DNA of 43,315 nt, taken from sequence record SRR22947725_1621; one strand, written 5' to 3'. Positions 1-9,607 of this stretch are shown here, one piece after another (position 1 is the stretch's first letter; the number at the start of each line of letters is the position of its first letter). The notes under the pieces are model-generated. The model was given only the letters and a program-made list of their open reading frames with translations, was not told the DNA's origin and searched no databases. Position numbers and translations under genes: made by a program.

Positions 1-2
1 AA

Positions 3-1043
3 ATTGAAGTTGGGCCGAACCTTTTGGGTCGTGTAATTGATGGGCTGGGTCACCCACTTGATGGACAAGGGTCAATTGATGCGCAGGAGCGTTACCCAGT
101 AGAAGGAAAAACTGTTAATCCATTTGATCGAGGGGAAATTACAGAAATCTTTGATGTTGGGATTAAAAGTATTAATGCTGTAACATCCATTGGCCGTGGA
201 CAAAGAATGGGCATTATCGCTGGCTCTGGCGTTGGTAAGTCGGTTCTTTTGAGTATGATTACTAGATGCGCAGAAGCGGATGTTATTGTAGTTGGTCTAA
301 TTGGAGAGAGAGGAAGGGAATTAGCTTCGTTTTCAAAAGAAATTACAAGCTCGCATTCAAAGCACAAGGTTATCATTGTTGCAGTGCCTGCAGACCGATC
401 TGCGCTTCTCCGGTTACAGGGGGCTAAAAGGGCTACAAGCATTGCAGAGTACTTTCGCGACCAAGGTAAAAATGTTTTGCTGATTCTAGACTCGCTAACC
501 CGCGTAGCTCATGCTCAAAGAGAAATTGGATTGTCTTTGGGAGAGCAACCGACGGCTAGAGGGTATCCTCCATCTGTAATTTCATTAATACCTGAACTGA
601 TTGAGCGAACTGGAGCTGGTATATATTCAGTGGGTTCAATCACCTCTATCTACACCATTCTTGCTGATGGCGATGATACTGTTGCAGACCCAATCGTTGA
701 CAATGCTCGGGCAATTTTGGACGGTCATATAGTTTTGTCAAGAAAGCTGGCTCAGCAGGGAGTTTATCCAGCGATTGATGTTGGTAATTCTGTGAGTAGA
801 TTGATGGATGAATTGTGTAGTGAAAAACATTTACAAAATGCACGTAAGTTAAGGAAATTGGTATCTATATATCAAGAAAACCAAGATCTTCTCTTAATGG
901 GGGGATACGTCCAAGGTCAGGATTCAGACCTTGATTTGGCAGTCCAATTATGGCCGAAAATCGTCGGCTTTTTGCACCAAAACCAGGCTGAAAATTTTTC
1001 ATTCGTACAAACTGAGCGCTTGCTCTCAACGTTATTCGAGTAA
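3..1043 (+). CDS. fliI: Flagellar export ATPase FliI (5' end outside window)
   Basis: Walker A AGSGVGKS, LIGERGRE, DSLTR, GYPPSV, RAILDGHIVLSR motifs; reading frame open from position 3; flagellar context. Confidence 0.95.
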   Translation: MEVGPNLLGRVIDGLGHPLDGQGSIDAQERYPVEGKTVNPFDRGEITEIFDVGIKSINAVTSIGRGQRMGIIAGSGVGKSVLLSMITRCAEADVIVVGLIGERGRELASFSKEITSSHSKHKVIIVAVPADRSALLRLQGAKRATSIAEYFRDQGKNVLLILDSLTRVAHAQREIGLSLGEQPTARGYPPSVISLIPELIERTGAGIYSVGSITSIYTILADGDDTVADPIVDNARAILDGHIVLSRKLAQQGVYPAIDVGNSVSRLMDELCSEKHLQNARKLRKLVSIYQENQDLLLMGGYVQGQDSDLDLAVQLWPKIVGFLHQNQAENFSFVQTERLLSTLFE

Positions 1044-1050
1044 TTGTAGC

Positions 1051-1458
1051 ATGGCTAAGTATAAGATCTTTGACTTAATTTACCGGCACGGTAAAGCTAA
1101 AAAATTAAAAACTCAGTTTGAATTGAGTAGTATGAATGAAAATATCGAGAAAATTCGTAAACTAGAAACTGATTTAACCTTTAATATCGACGAGACAGTA
1201 GAGCCCGGTGTCGTGCAAACTAGTCACCGAATTTTGATTAATAGTAAACTTCGTGAAAAAATGATTAGCCAGAAAGAAATCGTGGGAAACAAAATTGAAT
1301 TTCTTATGACTGAAAAAATACATTTGCAAAAATTAGTATCTTCACACGAACGTAAAAATAGAAAAATTTTAGAAAAATTGAATGAATTGAACGCAGAAGA
1401 GCGTAGAGAAAAAGAATTAAAAGAGTTTGATCGAGATATACTCTTTCAAAAAAAGTAA
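1051..1458 (+). CDS. fliJ: Probable FliJ export chaperone (divergent coiled-coil)
   Basis: ~135 aa charged helical protein between fliI and fliK; ATG 7 nt after fliI stop; mainly a positional call. Confidence 0.65.
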   Translation: MAKYKIFDLIYRHGKAKKLKTQFELSSMNENIEKIRKLETDLTFNIDETVEPGVVQTSHRILINSKLREKMISQKEIVGNKIEFLMTEKIHLQKLVSSHERKNRKILEKLNELNAEERREKELKEFDRDILFQKK

Positions 1459-1459
1459 T

Positions 1460-1475
1460 TGGTACAAAATTTGCA
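1460..1475 (+). promoter_or_regulatory. Sigma54 -24/-12 promoter for fliKLMN
   Basis: TGGTAC-AAAAT-TTGCA with GG-N10-GC spacing in the fliJ-fliK gap. Confidence 0.75.
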
Positions 1476-1507
1476 GCTCCACCACCAATAGGTTTGGAGT
1501 CTTTCGG

Positions 1508-3877
1508 ATGAGTATTGCTTTTAGTGGTGGTGTTGGGTCAGCCCATGGCGATTTACAATTAGGGTCGAAAAATGCTTCAGGTGGGCAGGGCGAGGGTCTC
1601 TTTGAAAATTTCTCTATGATGCTAGCTTCTTTAAATGATGAGCAATCCGATGAGTTGTTTGACAATAAACAGATTAATATCAGCCTTGGTGAACTAGGCG
1701 GGAAGCTTGGCAGCGAACTGTCACCACAAGGTCTTCTCTCTCAAGTAATCGATAATGAGTTCATAAAATTTGATAATACTGTGGAAAGCCTTGTTGAGGA
1801 ACATGGATTAGACGGACTTATTGGCCATCTAGAAAACGGTGGGAATATATTAGCTAACCTTGATTTAAGCGCGACAGCCTCGTTTGTAGATTCTAGACTT
1901 AATTTGGTTACTAACGATATTGTCACTAATGATATTAAGCACCCCCAAAACTATTCTGGCTTCAATTTATCATCTTTGGAAAAACTCTTAGTTGCGATTG
2001 ATCTGGCCGATGGAGAGACAACTGGTGTGGAATTGAGTGGTGATACATTTAAAGACTATAAAATTGAGCCAGCTCTTAACGAGATGATACCCGGAGCTGC
2101 CATATCATCAGAAGAGAGCTTGACAGCTTTGACCGATCTACCGCTGGGTGCGGCTGTCCCACCTGAGCTAGATAATTCCCAGACCAAGAGTTTGATGGCG
2201 TTGACGGATCCACTGCAGGGTGCAGCTGTTCCACTTGAGTTGGATAGTTCCCAGGACAAGAGTTTGAGGGCGTTGACGGATCTACTGCAGGTTGCAGCTG
2301 TTCCACTTGAGCTCGATGTTTCCCAAGCGTCTTCGATATTTTTTGATATCAGAGACTTGAAGGCAAGTTTACAGGGCGATGATTTAAACGGCACCTTAAA
2401 AAATTCTGAAGCAATAGCTTCTGGCGAAATTCTGGTACCACAAGTGGTGCCTATTGAGATTGAGAATACGCAAGTGCGGCCAGAGACTTTTGATAAGTTT
2501 ATTTCTGTAAAAGTTGATTTGTTGGATGCTCAAGGCGGTTTAGGGCCCGTTGAAGTATACGATTTTAATTTACAAAAAGACGAATTTTCCTCACCAGGTT
2601 TGATTGGTGTTACACGTACTGTTGAGATCGACCCTAGCGTTGACCCACGATCCAAATTGCTTGTAGTTATGGCCATACCTGAAGAAACTAATCTAGAAAA
2701 TTTGCCAGACTTTGTAAGGTTCCAAATTAGTTTAGCTAGAGAAAACTATAGTGGCGTTGTGCAAGATCACGGTATGGCCCTACAGAAGCAAGCGTTACTG
2801 CCGGATGCTTCGATCAACGAAGTAGATGACACTGTCCATTCCATTAGGGAGCTCGTTCGAACGCTGAACGAAATGTCGACAGCCTCCTCCCATACTACTC
2901 AAATAGTTTTGCAAACTAATGCTGTAGGAAGGGAGGCAGCGAGTTATGTATCTAATGTTGTGGCAGCTCAGAAAGATAACTTTGTGGAACTGCAATCAAT
3001 TGATATCCAAAATAAGTTTAATAATTTGACTCAAAATAAGTTAATTTTAGATCAAGAAATCCAACATATCTCTAGGATGGTTGATAGAAAGTATGACAAT
3101 ATAGCTACTAGTATTTTCGCGATAGAACGTGAAGTAAAATCGTCTTTAGATTCTAAAAATGACAAAATAGTTTTTTTAAATGAGGGAGTGGATGAAAATT
3201 TAAGTGACTTTAAAAATACGTCTAAGCCTTTCAATCCGAAATCTTTTCTTGAAGCCGCAGAGGCTCTGAGAGTGACATCTGTTGCAAGGGTACAGTTTGA
3301 AGCGCCTACTGGAGCATCGGCCAGACTGGGTTTGATTTCTGGCGAAGGTATCAACCTAATTACTTCCTCAAATGAAAAACTTAGCTATCAGGTTGCGTCT
3401 CAAACTGGATCTTCAGCCGGTCCAAGCGGATCAGCGCCAAACCTAACTAATAATATTTCATTGTATGATGCCCAATATGCCTCCAAAATAAGTATGCTGG
3501 TCGTTGACAAGGTTCTTAGTGGAAATGAAAATTTTGAGATTAACCTTGAGCCGGAGAGCTTTGGAAAAATTAAGGTCAATATTTCAATGGATAAGCAGTC
3601 GATTGATATTCGAATGTTTGCTGAAACCCAGGCTGCAGCAAGTATTTTACGCGCGAACGAAGACTCTTTGTTACAAATTACAAGTCAAAATGGTATGAAA
3701 CTTGCGGGGTTCTCAGTTGGAATGCAAAGCGGCGCTGACCAGCAAAAACAGAGTGCAAATCATAGCCGAAACAAGGCTGCAGGCAAAGTAAACAGCGCTC
3801 TAGAGCGTACCACCAAACTAAACACCCAGACTGCTAGTTCTTATAGAACACCAACCGGTTTGAACCTGATTGCTTAG
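1508..3877 (+). CDS. fliK: Hook-length control protein FliK (789 aa)
   Basis: C-terminal INLEPESFGKIKVNISM...IRMFAE...L FliK domain, long low-complexity N-region, GGAG RBS before ATG 1508, upstream of fliL. Confidence 0.85.
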   Translation: MSIAFSGGVGSAHGDLQLGSKNASGGQGEGLFENFSMMLASLNDEQSDELFDNKQINISLGELGGKLGSELSPQGLLSQVIDNEFIKFDNTVESLVEEHGLDGLIGHLENGGNILANLDLSATASFVDSRLNLVTNDIVTNDIKHPQNYSGFNLSSLEKLLVAIDLADGETTGVELSGDTFKDYKIEPALNEMIPGAAISSEESLTALTDLPLGAAVPPELDNSQTKSLMALTDPLQGAAVPLELDSSQDKSLRALTDLLQVAAVPLELDVSQASSIFFDIRDLKASLQGDDLNGTLKNSEAIASGEILVPQVVPIEIENTQVRPETFDKFISVKVDLLDAQGGLGPVEVYDFNLQKDEFSSPGLIGVTRTVEIDPSVDPRSKLLVVMAIPEETNLENLPDFVRFQISLARENYSGVVQDHGMALQKQALLPDASINEVDDTVHSIRELVRTLNEMSTASSHTTQIVLQTNAVGREAASYVSNVVAAQKDNFVELQSIDIQNKFNNLTQNKLILDQEIQHISRMVDRKYDNIATSIFAIEREVKSSLDSKNDKIVFLNEGVDENLSDFKNTSKPFNPKSFLEAAEALRVTSVARVQFEAPTGASARLGLISGEGINLITSSNEKLSYQVASQTGSSAGPSGSAPNLTNNISLYDAQYASKISMLVVDKVLSGNENFEINLEPESFGKIKVNISMDKQSIDIRMFAETQAAASILRANEDSLLQITSQNGMKLAGFSVGMQSGADQQKQSANHSRNKAAGKVNSALERTTKLNTQTASSYRTPTGLNLIA
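2117..2327 (+). repeat. About three in-frame tandem copies of a 72-nt (24 aa) unit inside fliK
   Basis: Units start at 2117, 2189, 2261: SLTALTDLPLGAAVPPELDNSQTK / SLMALTDPLQGAAVPLELDSSQDK / SLRALTDLLQVAAVPLELDVSQ. Confidence 0.95.
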
Positions 3878-3886
3878 GATGAGATA

Positions 3887-4462
3887 ATGGCTGAAGAAGC
3901 TCCAAAACCAAAAATTAACTTCACAAAAATTGCCATGTTTGGATTAGGTCCAGTTTTATTACTGGGACTAGGTGTTGGTGTGGGCGCTTTTTTATTCATG
4001 CCCACTCAAACGCCTGTTGAACAGGTGGAAGAACTGATTGAGAAGAAACTTAAGCAAGCGGGACAATTACCCAGTGCTGATGGGCTTGACGAAGAAAATC
4101 TAGAGCCTCAAAAGGTTTCAAAAGAGACGCCCGTAAATGAGACATTTGTGACCAGTTACTATACTTTTGCTGATAACTTTACGACTAACTTAAATAAATC
4201 AAAGCAGTTTTTGCAAGTTAGTGTAGGAGTATCTACACAATATGATGAAACAGTAATTGAAAATGTTGAAAAACACCAAATGGCTCTTCGGTCTGAAGTT
4301 CTGGGCGTTATAGGTACGTATTCTGTCGATGATATTGATGGTAAAATTGGTAGGGATAATCTTGCCAATAGCATTAAGGACGCAATAAATGTTAAGTTGC
4401 TGGATCTTGAGGGCTTTGGCGGTGTCGAAGGAGTTCACTTCACGTCCTTTGTGCTCCAATAA
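3887..4462 (+). CDS. fliL: Flagellar basal body-associated protein FliL
   Basis: N-terminal TM; FTTNL...FLQVSV...V.FTSFVLQ signature; precedes fliM. Confidence 0.92.
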   Translation: MAEEAPKPKINFTKIAMFGLGPVLLLGLGVGVGAFLFMPTQTPVEQVEELIEKKLKQAGQLPSADGLDEENLEPQKVSKETPVNETFVTSYYTFADNFTTNLNKSKQFLQVSVGVSTQYDETVIENVEKHQMALRSEVLGVIGTYSVDDIDGKIGRDNLANSIKDAINVKLLDLEGFGGVEGVHFTSFVLQ

Positions 4463-4476
4463 GAGGCCAAATTTAA

Positions 4477-5475
4477 ATGGTTGGTTCTAGAAAACTTTCA
4501 AATGATGAAGTTGAAGCTCTCCTTGGTGGGCTTGATGCAACTGATAAACAGGAAGATACGCCTGCGGTTTTTGATTCAACTGCGGTTAGAGAATTTGATT
4601 TTGGTTCAGAAGATCTGTCGCTTCTTGGTGACTATTACGCACTTAGAATGGTCAACGAAAAAATCTGCAGATTTACACGCTCAGTATTTTTGCCAATGTT
4701 GCGAATTATGCCTCGGATCTCGTCGTTTCCTCCGGAAGTGAAGTCGTTTGATGAGTATGTTGAAAGCTGTGACAACTTTGTAAGTGTGACAACTAATAGA
4801 CTAGACGAGTTGAGAGGTAACTCGCTTTTGGTAGTGCAGTCTTCATTTATCTCCATTTTGACTAATTCATATTATGGTGGTTCAAAAATTAAAGCTTTGC
4901 ACCAAGCTAAAGGAGAATTTACGGCGACTGAACAGCGCATTATCCAAATAATTACTGATGGAATGAACCGGGCCATGGAGAACGCATGGAAGGACCTCTT
5001 TGTCACGAGTTTTGAGCCATTGTCTCGAGAAGAAAATATCCAATTTGTCTCGTTTGTTGATGGTGCAGATACTGTTATTGTGTGTTCATTTATGGTACAA
5101 ATGCCAGACGCTGAACCGGCGAGTTTTGACGTTTTATATCCTCTACAAACTTTAAAACCAATATCTTCGCAATTAAGATCACGAGTTCAAAATGAATTTG
5201 CACAAGACGATCGCACTTGGAAAGAAAAATTAGAGCAGGCCGTTTTATCCATAAACCTACCTTTGTCAGCTGAATTGACTAATAGTAAAGCGAATTTAGG
5301 ACGTCTCCTGAAAAGTACTGTGGGTGATGAGTTTCCTATTTCCATGCCCGAAAACATTACGATAAAGGTATCTGGTGAACCCGTCTACAAAGCAGAAATT
5401 GGGAAACTGGGCGCCAATGCTGCTGTTTCAATGACTAAAAGAATTTCACTTAAAAAGGACAAGGAAAATGGCTGA
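4477..5475 (+). CDS. fliM: Motor switch protein FliM
   Basis: N-terminal LSNDEVEALL CheY-binding peptide, YYGG, EFTATEQRI, C-terminal SpoA domain. Confidence 0.95.
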   Translation: MVGSRKLSNDEVEALLGGLDATDKQEDTPAVFDSTAVREFDFGSEDLSLLGDYYALRMVNEKICRFTRSVFLPMLRIMPRISSFPPEVKSFDEYVESCDNFVSVTTNRLDELRGNSLLVVQSSFISILTNSYYGGSKIKALHQAKGEFTATEQRIIQIITDGMNRAMENAWKDLFVTSFEPLSREENIQFVSFVDGADTVIVCSFMVQMPDAEPASFDVLYPLQTLKPISSQLRSRVQNEFAQDDRTWKEKLEQAVLSINLPLSAELTNSKANLGRLLKSTVGDEFPISMPENITIKVSGEPVYKAEIGKLGANAAVSMTKRISLKKDKENG

Positions 5476-5773
5476 AGATATAAAGGCTGATGACGCTGAT
5501 AAAAAACACGTTGGTATCGAAAACTTAAAGGTATTAGAAAATATCGATGTGGAATTGACTGTAGAGGTCGGACGTACTGAAATTACGATCCGTGACTTGC
5601 TGAGATTAAATGAAGGTTCGGTTGTTGAATTGGACAGATTAGCCGGGGATCCTCTCGATATATTGGTAAATAATACCAAAATTGCGAAGGGTGAAGTTGT
5701 TATGATCGGAGAACGGTTTGGAATCCGTTTCGGTGAAATTGTGGATCCGGAAAAAAGAATGGAAAGTATTTAA
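5468..5773 (+). CDS. fliN: Motor switch protein FliN
   Basis: LTVEVGRT...GSVVELD...GEVV...FGIR SpoA motif. Confidence 0.97.
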   Translation: MAEDIKADDADKKHVGIENLKVLENIDVELTVEVGRTEITIRDLLRLNEGSVVELDRLAGDPLDILVNNTKIAKGEVVMIGERFGIRFGEIVDPEKRMESI

Positions 5774-5785
5774 CACTCTTCTGGG

Positions 5786-5799
5786 TTCAAAGAAATGAC
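5786..5799 (+). promoter_or_regulatory. Possible FleQ-type activator box upstream of fliO promoter
   Basis: TTCA-AAGAAA-TGAC, one mismatch to GTCA-N6-TGAC, ~50 bp upstream of a sigma54 site across an AT-rich spacer. Confidence 0.4.
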
Positions 5800-5849
5800 A
5801 CCCAAAGTTTTATATTTTAAATATATGATATAATTATATATTTTTAGGA

Positions 5850-5865
5850 TGGTATCTATTTTGCT
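5850..5865 (+). promoter_or_regulatory. Sigma54 promoter for the fliOPQR-flhB operon
   Basis: TGGTAT-CTATT-TTGCT, GG-N10-GC. Confidence 0.75.
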
Positions 5866-5888
5866 ACGATTGGGTAGGGAGTAGGTAA

Positions 5889-6197
5889 ATGCCAGATTTT
5901 GACTTAAGTAAAATTGCTGTGGTACTGATATTTTTGTCCATACTTGTAGCTATACAAGTTGTGGTGAAGCGTTCAAATTTTTTCCGAGTAAAATTGGATA
6001 AGTCTAACAACAGCGCAATTAAAATAGTTAACACTATAGCGGTATCAAAATTTTCTTCAGCTGCAGTTATAGAGTGTGCGGGTTCATTGTTCCTTGTGGT
6101 TTCGAATAGAAATGGATCCCCGGCGATAGCCGAATTACCCAAGATACAACAAAATACGCTTAATTCTGAGCTTCAACCGGAGCTCGTGGGTAAATGA
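5889..6197 (+). CDS. fliO: FliO export apparatus protein
   Basis: Single N-terminal TM then IKIVNTIAV..AAVIEC..LFLVV beta region; ATGA overlap with fliP. Confidence 0.75.
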   Translation: MPDFDLSKIAVVLIFLSILVAIQVVVKRSNFFRVKLDKSNNSAIKIVNTIAVSKFSSAAVIECAGSLFLVVSNRNGSPAIAELPKIQQNTLNSELQPELVGK

Positions 6198-6958
6198 AAT
6201 TTTTTTCTCTCAAGATCATTCTCCATCTCGTTTTTAGCTTAATAGCATCATCTGCATTTGGGCAGGATGGTAGCGTGTTAGGTATGCCAGCTTTGACCTC
6301 AAGTATTGGCGAAAATGGTGAATCGACTTATTCTCTTTCTCTGCAAATTCTTGTTTTAATGACTGTACTGACTGTTGTTCCGTCAATTGTTTTGGGAATG
6401 ACTGCATTTACCAGGGTAATAATAGTATTATCTATTTTAAGGCAGGCGTTGGGTACTCAACAAACGCCACCGAACCAAGTCCTAATTGCGATTGCACTTT
6501 TTATTACTTTTTATGTCATGAGCCCAATTTTTGAGGTGATTTATGAGACTGCGTTGAACCCCTACCTAGAGGGTACAAAATCTGCCCAGTTAGCTTTGGC
6601 TTCGGCCACTGACCTATTAAAGGAATTCATGGTTGCTAATACCCGCTCAGATACCATGAATATGTTTGCCGAAATGGCGGGTGAGGGGCCTTTTGAAAAC
6701 ACTCAAGCTATTCCGCTTTCTATTGTTTTACCATCATTCATTACATCTGAGTTGAAAACAGCTTTTGAGATTGGGTTTTTAATTTTCTTACCATTTCTGG
6801 TAATCGATATCGTTATTGCATCCATTCTTATGTCCCTAGGTATGATGATGTTGTCGCCTATGTTGATTTCCTTGCCATTCAAGTTGTTGCTGTTTGTATT
6901 GGTTGACGGGTGGGCCATGACGATTGGATCACTTTCATCAACATTTGTTGTAGGCTAG
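6194..6958 (+). CDS. fliP: Export apparatus protein FliP
   Basis: MTAFTR..LRQALGTQQTPPNQVL, SELKTAF.IGF, MGM-like MMMLSP, FKLLLFVLVDGW. Confidence 0.98.
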   Translation: MKFFSLKIILHLVFSLIASSAFGQDGSVLGMPALTSSIGENGESTYSLSLQILVLMTVLTVVPSIVLGMTAFTRVIIVLSILRQALGTQQTPPNQVLIAIALFITFYVMSPIFEVIYETALNPYLEGTKSAQLALASATDLLKEFMVANTRSDTMNMFAEMAGEGPFENTQAIPLSIVLPSFITSELKTAFEIGFLIFLPFLVIDIVIASILMSLGMMMLSPMLISLPFKLLLFVLVDGWAMTIGSLSSTFVVG

Positions 6959-6962
6959 CGAT

Positions 6963-7232
6963 ATGGTTTTTGATCAGAATGTTCAGTATCTTAGTATGGC
7001 CTTTTGGCAAATTGTTGTGGTTGCTGGTCCTATCTTGCTCGTGGCGCTATCAGTTGGTCTATTCATAGGCTTAATTCAAGCAGCTACGTCCATTAATGAA
7101 ATGACTCTTAGTTTTGTGCCTAAACTTTTTATCGTGTTAATGGCTATGTCTTTAATGGCTACTTTCACAATTACTCAAATGACCGATTATTTCAGTTATA
7201 TTTTTGACGAAATATCCAGGAAAGGTCTCTAG
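6963..7232 (+). CDS. fliQ: Export apparatus protein FliQ
   Basis: QAATSINEMTLSFVPK. Confidence 0.97.
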   Translation: MVFDQNVQYLSMAFWQIVVVAGPILLVALSVGLFIGLIQAATSINEMTLSFVPKLFIVLMAMSLMATFTITQMTDYFSYIFDEISRKGL

Positions 7233-7233
7233 T

Positions 7234-8052
7234 TTGTTACCAATAGTTAATGAATTAGGGGCTCTTCCTGGACTGGAGTTACAAGAGCTTTTTACTTTTT
7301 TGGTTTTAATACTGATAGCCTCGTTACGAGTTGGTGCTTTCTTGATTTCGGCGCCGTTTTTTGGTGGTAGAATGGTGCCACTGCAAATCAGAATTGTATT
7401 TTCATTTTGCTTGGGCTTTTGGATACTAGGGACTCTTCAATTTCCGCAGCAGAGTGTTTTAGTGGGTCCTAAATTAATTTTGATTGTAATGCAGGAGATA
7501 TTCATTGGCCTTACAGTCGGCTTAGTTTTAAATATCTGCTTTGCTGCTGTGAGCTTGGCTGGTGAAAAAATTGCTGCAACTTCTGGTTTGGCCTTTGCGT
7601 CTCAAGTTGATCCAACTGGCGGCGGACAGTCTCCGGTCATAAGCCAAATTTTCATGTTGTTTCTTATAGTAGTATTTTTCTCAGTTAATGGGCATTTGAT
7701 AGTTTTAGGATTAATATATAAAAGCTTTGCGCTTTATCCATTGGGCCAATTAGTAAATTATGCTGACTTGATCGCTGCTGGTCTGTCGGCAAGCGATATA
7801 TTGTTTCGGTCGGCTGCAATCATTGTGTTGCCCATTGTCATCGTCTTGCTGTTTGTGAATATAGCAATTGGTTTTATTACAAAATCTGCACCCCAGCTTA
7901 ACCTATTTTCCTTTGGGTTTCCAATGACCCTCATTGGCGCTTTTTTGATATTATTCTATTCAGTAGATGCGATTTCTTTCGCGTTTAAGGACTTAATTCA
8001 GTTAATCATTGACCTTTTGATGTCGTTTCTTCTCGAGAAAACTGATGGCTGA
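7234..8052 (+). CDS. fliR: Export apparatus protein FliR (TTG start inferred)
   Basis: Polytopic membrane protein, APFF, GL.FAS.VDP, NGHL, APQLNLFSFGFP. Confidence 0.95.
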   Translation: MLPIVNELGALPGLELQELFTFLVLILIASLRVGAFLISAPFFGGRMVPLQIRIVFSFCLGFWILGTLQFPQQSVLVGPKLILIVMQEIFIGLTVGLVLNICFAAVSLAGEKIAATSGLAFASQVDPTGGGQSPVISQIFMLFLIVVFFSVNGHLIVLGLIYKSFALYPLGQLVNYADLIAAGLSASDILFRSAAIIVLPIVIVLLFVNIAIGFITKSAPQLNLFSFGFPMTLIGAFLILFYSVDAISFAFKDLIQLIIDLLMSFLLEKTDG

Positions 8053-9190
8053 ACAAGATAATAGCCAAGAAAAGACGTTAGATCCAACTCAAAAGCGTTT
8101 GGAAAAAGCTAGGGAGGATGGTGACATCCTCTCATCAAAAGAAATGTTTGTCTTTGGTTCAAGTTTTATGGGTTTGATTATTTTATTTTGTTTGGGAATG
8201 GTGGCTAGGAACGTTCTTTCGAATTGGGCGTCTTTGTTTCGCTGGAACCATTCCGAACACTTGAGCGTTCTGCGCATATTTAACTCTGAAGCTGCATTTG
8301 GTCTAGCATTGGGTGGCGCAGCTATTTTTGCCTTTCCCATCTTTACTGCCGTAATTCTCACTCAATTTTTTGTTGCTGGATCCATCAATTTTTCTACTAA
8401 GGCAATGTCATTTAAGCCGAGTCGAATTAATCCCCTTAGTGGATTGAAACGGATCTTTTCAGTCAAAGGTCTAGTCGAGCTCACTAAGTCAATAATGAAG
8501 ATTATATTTCTGATATCAGTGACGGGGGCTATAATTTGGGTGTCTTTGCCAAAATTATTATACTTGAGTAGTTCATCCTTAAGCGATGGTCTTACTGTAT
8601 TTCATCAAACGTTGATGTCTTTAGTTGGTGGTTTGGTCGTCGTGCTGGCTTTTATTGCCTTGGGCGATTTCCTCTGGAGTCGTCATGAGTGGATGCAGAA
8701 GTTGCGTATGAACCGACAAGATATGAAAGATGAATCAAAAGATAGTGAAGGGTCACCGGAAGTTAAATCTCGAATAAGGCGACTTCAGATGGAGGCTAGC
8801 CAAAAAGCGTCTGAGAGAGCTCAGGCAATCGAAAATGTAAGTGATGCTACGGTAATTATTACGAACCCTACCCATTTCGCAGTTGCATTAAAATATCAAC
8901 CAGAAAACCGGGACACTCCCTATATAATTGCGATGGGTAAAGGGCCGATGGCGCTACGCATTATAGATGAAGCTGATAAAGCGAATATCAGCCGTGTGCG
9001 TAGCCCATTATTGGCTAGAGCTCTCTTTTTTACTGGTGATATTGGAGTAGATGTAGCGGAAGATCTGTTCTCAGCTGTTGCGTCCGTTTTAGCTTATGTG
9101 CTTCAGTTAGAACGTGGCACAAACCCATCCTTCGAAGATCCAAATATACCTACCGATCTTATGTTTGATGAATTTGGTTCAAAAATTTGA
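8045..9190 (+). CDS. flhB: Export switch protein FlhB
   Basis: QEKTLDPTQKRLEKAREDG, SEGSPEVKSRIR, NPTH autocleavage motif. Confidence 0.98.
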   Translation: MAEQDNSQEKTLDPTQKRLEKAREDGDILSSKEMFVFGSSFMGLIILFCLGMVARNVLSNWASLFRWNHSEHLSVLRIFNSEAAFGLALGGAAIFAFPIFTAVILTQFFVAGSINFSTKAMSFKPSRINPLSGLKRIFSVKGLVELTKSIMKIIFLISVTGAIIWVSLPKLLYLSSSSLSDGLTVFHQTLMSLVGGLVVVLAFIALGDFLWSRHEWMQKLRMNRQDMKDESKDSEGSPEVKSRIRRLQMEASQKASERAQAIENVSDATVIITNPTHFAVALKYQPENRDTPYIIAMGKGPMALRIIDEADKANISRVRSPLLARALFFTGDIGVDVAEDLFSAVASVLAYVLQLERGTNPSFEDPNIPTDLMFDEFGSKI

Positions 9191-9206
9191 AGTCGAGGAA
9201 GAAATT

Positions 9207-9428
9207 ATGGCGCAGCGTAAAAGATCTACCGGTGAATTAATATCCTCAGTCACTTTTTTTGGAGCAGCTATTTGGTTGGTTTTTGAGGCGAAGCTGTTCT
9301 TAGAGGGGGGCGAGACCCTCAAAGGCGTAGTTGTATACGTTGGAGCCTTTTTATCATTTTTGGCATCTTTTAGATTTAAGATACAGAGACTAATACTTCG
9401 ATTGCGAGATGCGATATGGCCAAAATGA
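9207..9428 (+). CDS. Small two-TM membrane protein, unknown function
   Basis: GAGG RBS and ATG 9207; 73 aa with two hydrophobic helices; follows flhB in operon. Confidence 0.6.
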   Translation: MAQRKRSTGELISSVTFFGAAIWLVFEAKLFLEGGETLKGVVVYVGAFLSFLASFRFKIQRLILRLRDAIWPK

Positions 9429-9604
9429 CATGTTCCAACTGCCTTTACTTTTTTGTGACCCACGACAAAAAACGACCGTGGGGTTGTAAAAAGTTCAATT
9501 TTAAGTCGAAATCTCTACCCAGCCAGTCAGTTCTCATAACTACTGGCACAGATTGTGCTTACCATAGTCTGAAATCCAGTGCAGCACTGACCAAAAGGCT
9601 TTGA
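9425..9604 (+). CDS. Small four-cysteine protein (putative metal-binding)
   Basis: CSNC..F.VT.D...PWGC..FNFKS..LPS..V...TG.DC; ATGA overlap with the upstream gene (alternative start 9416). Confidence 0.7.
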   Translation: MTCSNCLYFFVTHDKKRPWGCKKFNFKSKSLPSQSVLITTGTDCAYHSLKSSAALTKRL

Positions 9605-9607
9605 GAG

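Noticed and set aside
2117-2327. 72-nt periodic repeat as a CRISPR array
   Set aside because: Whole units are similar with no unique spacers, in frame within fliK, and no cas genes
24-9190. Non-flagellar type III injectisome
   Set aside because: FliM, FliL, stators, flagellin, FliD and FlgA identify a flagellum
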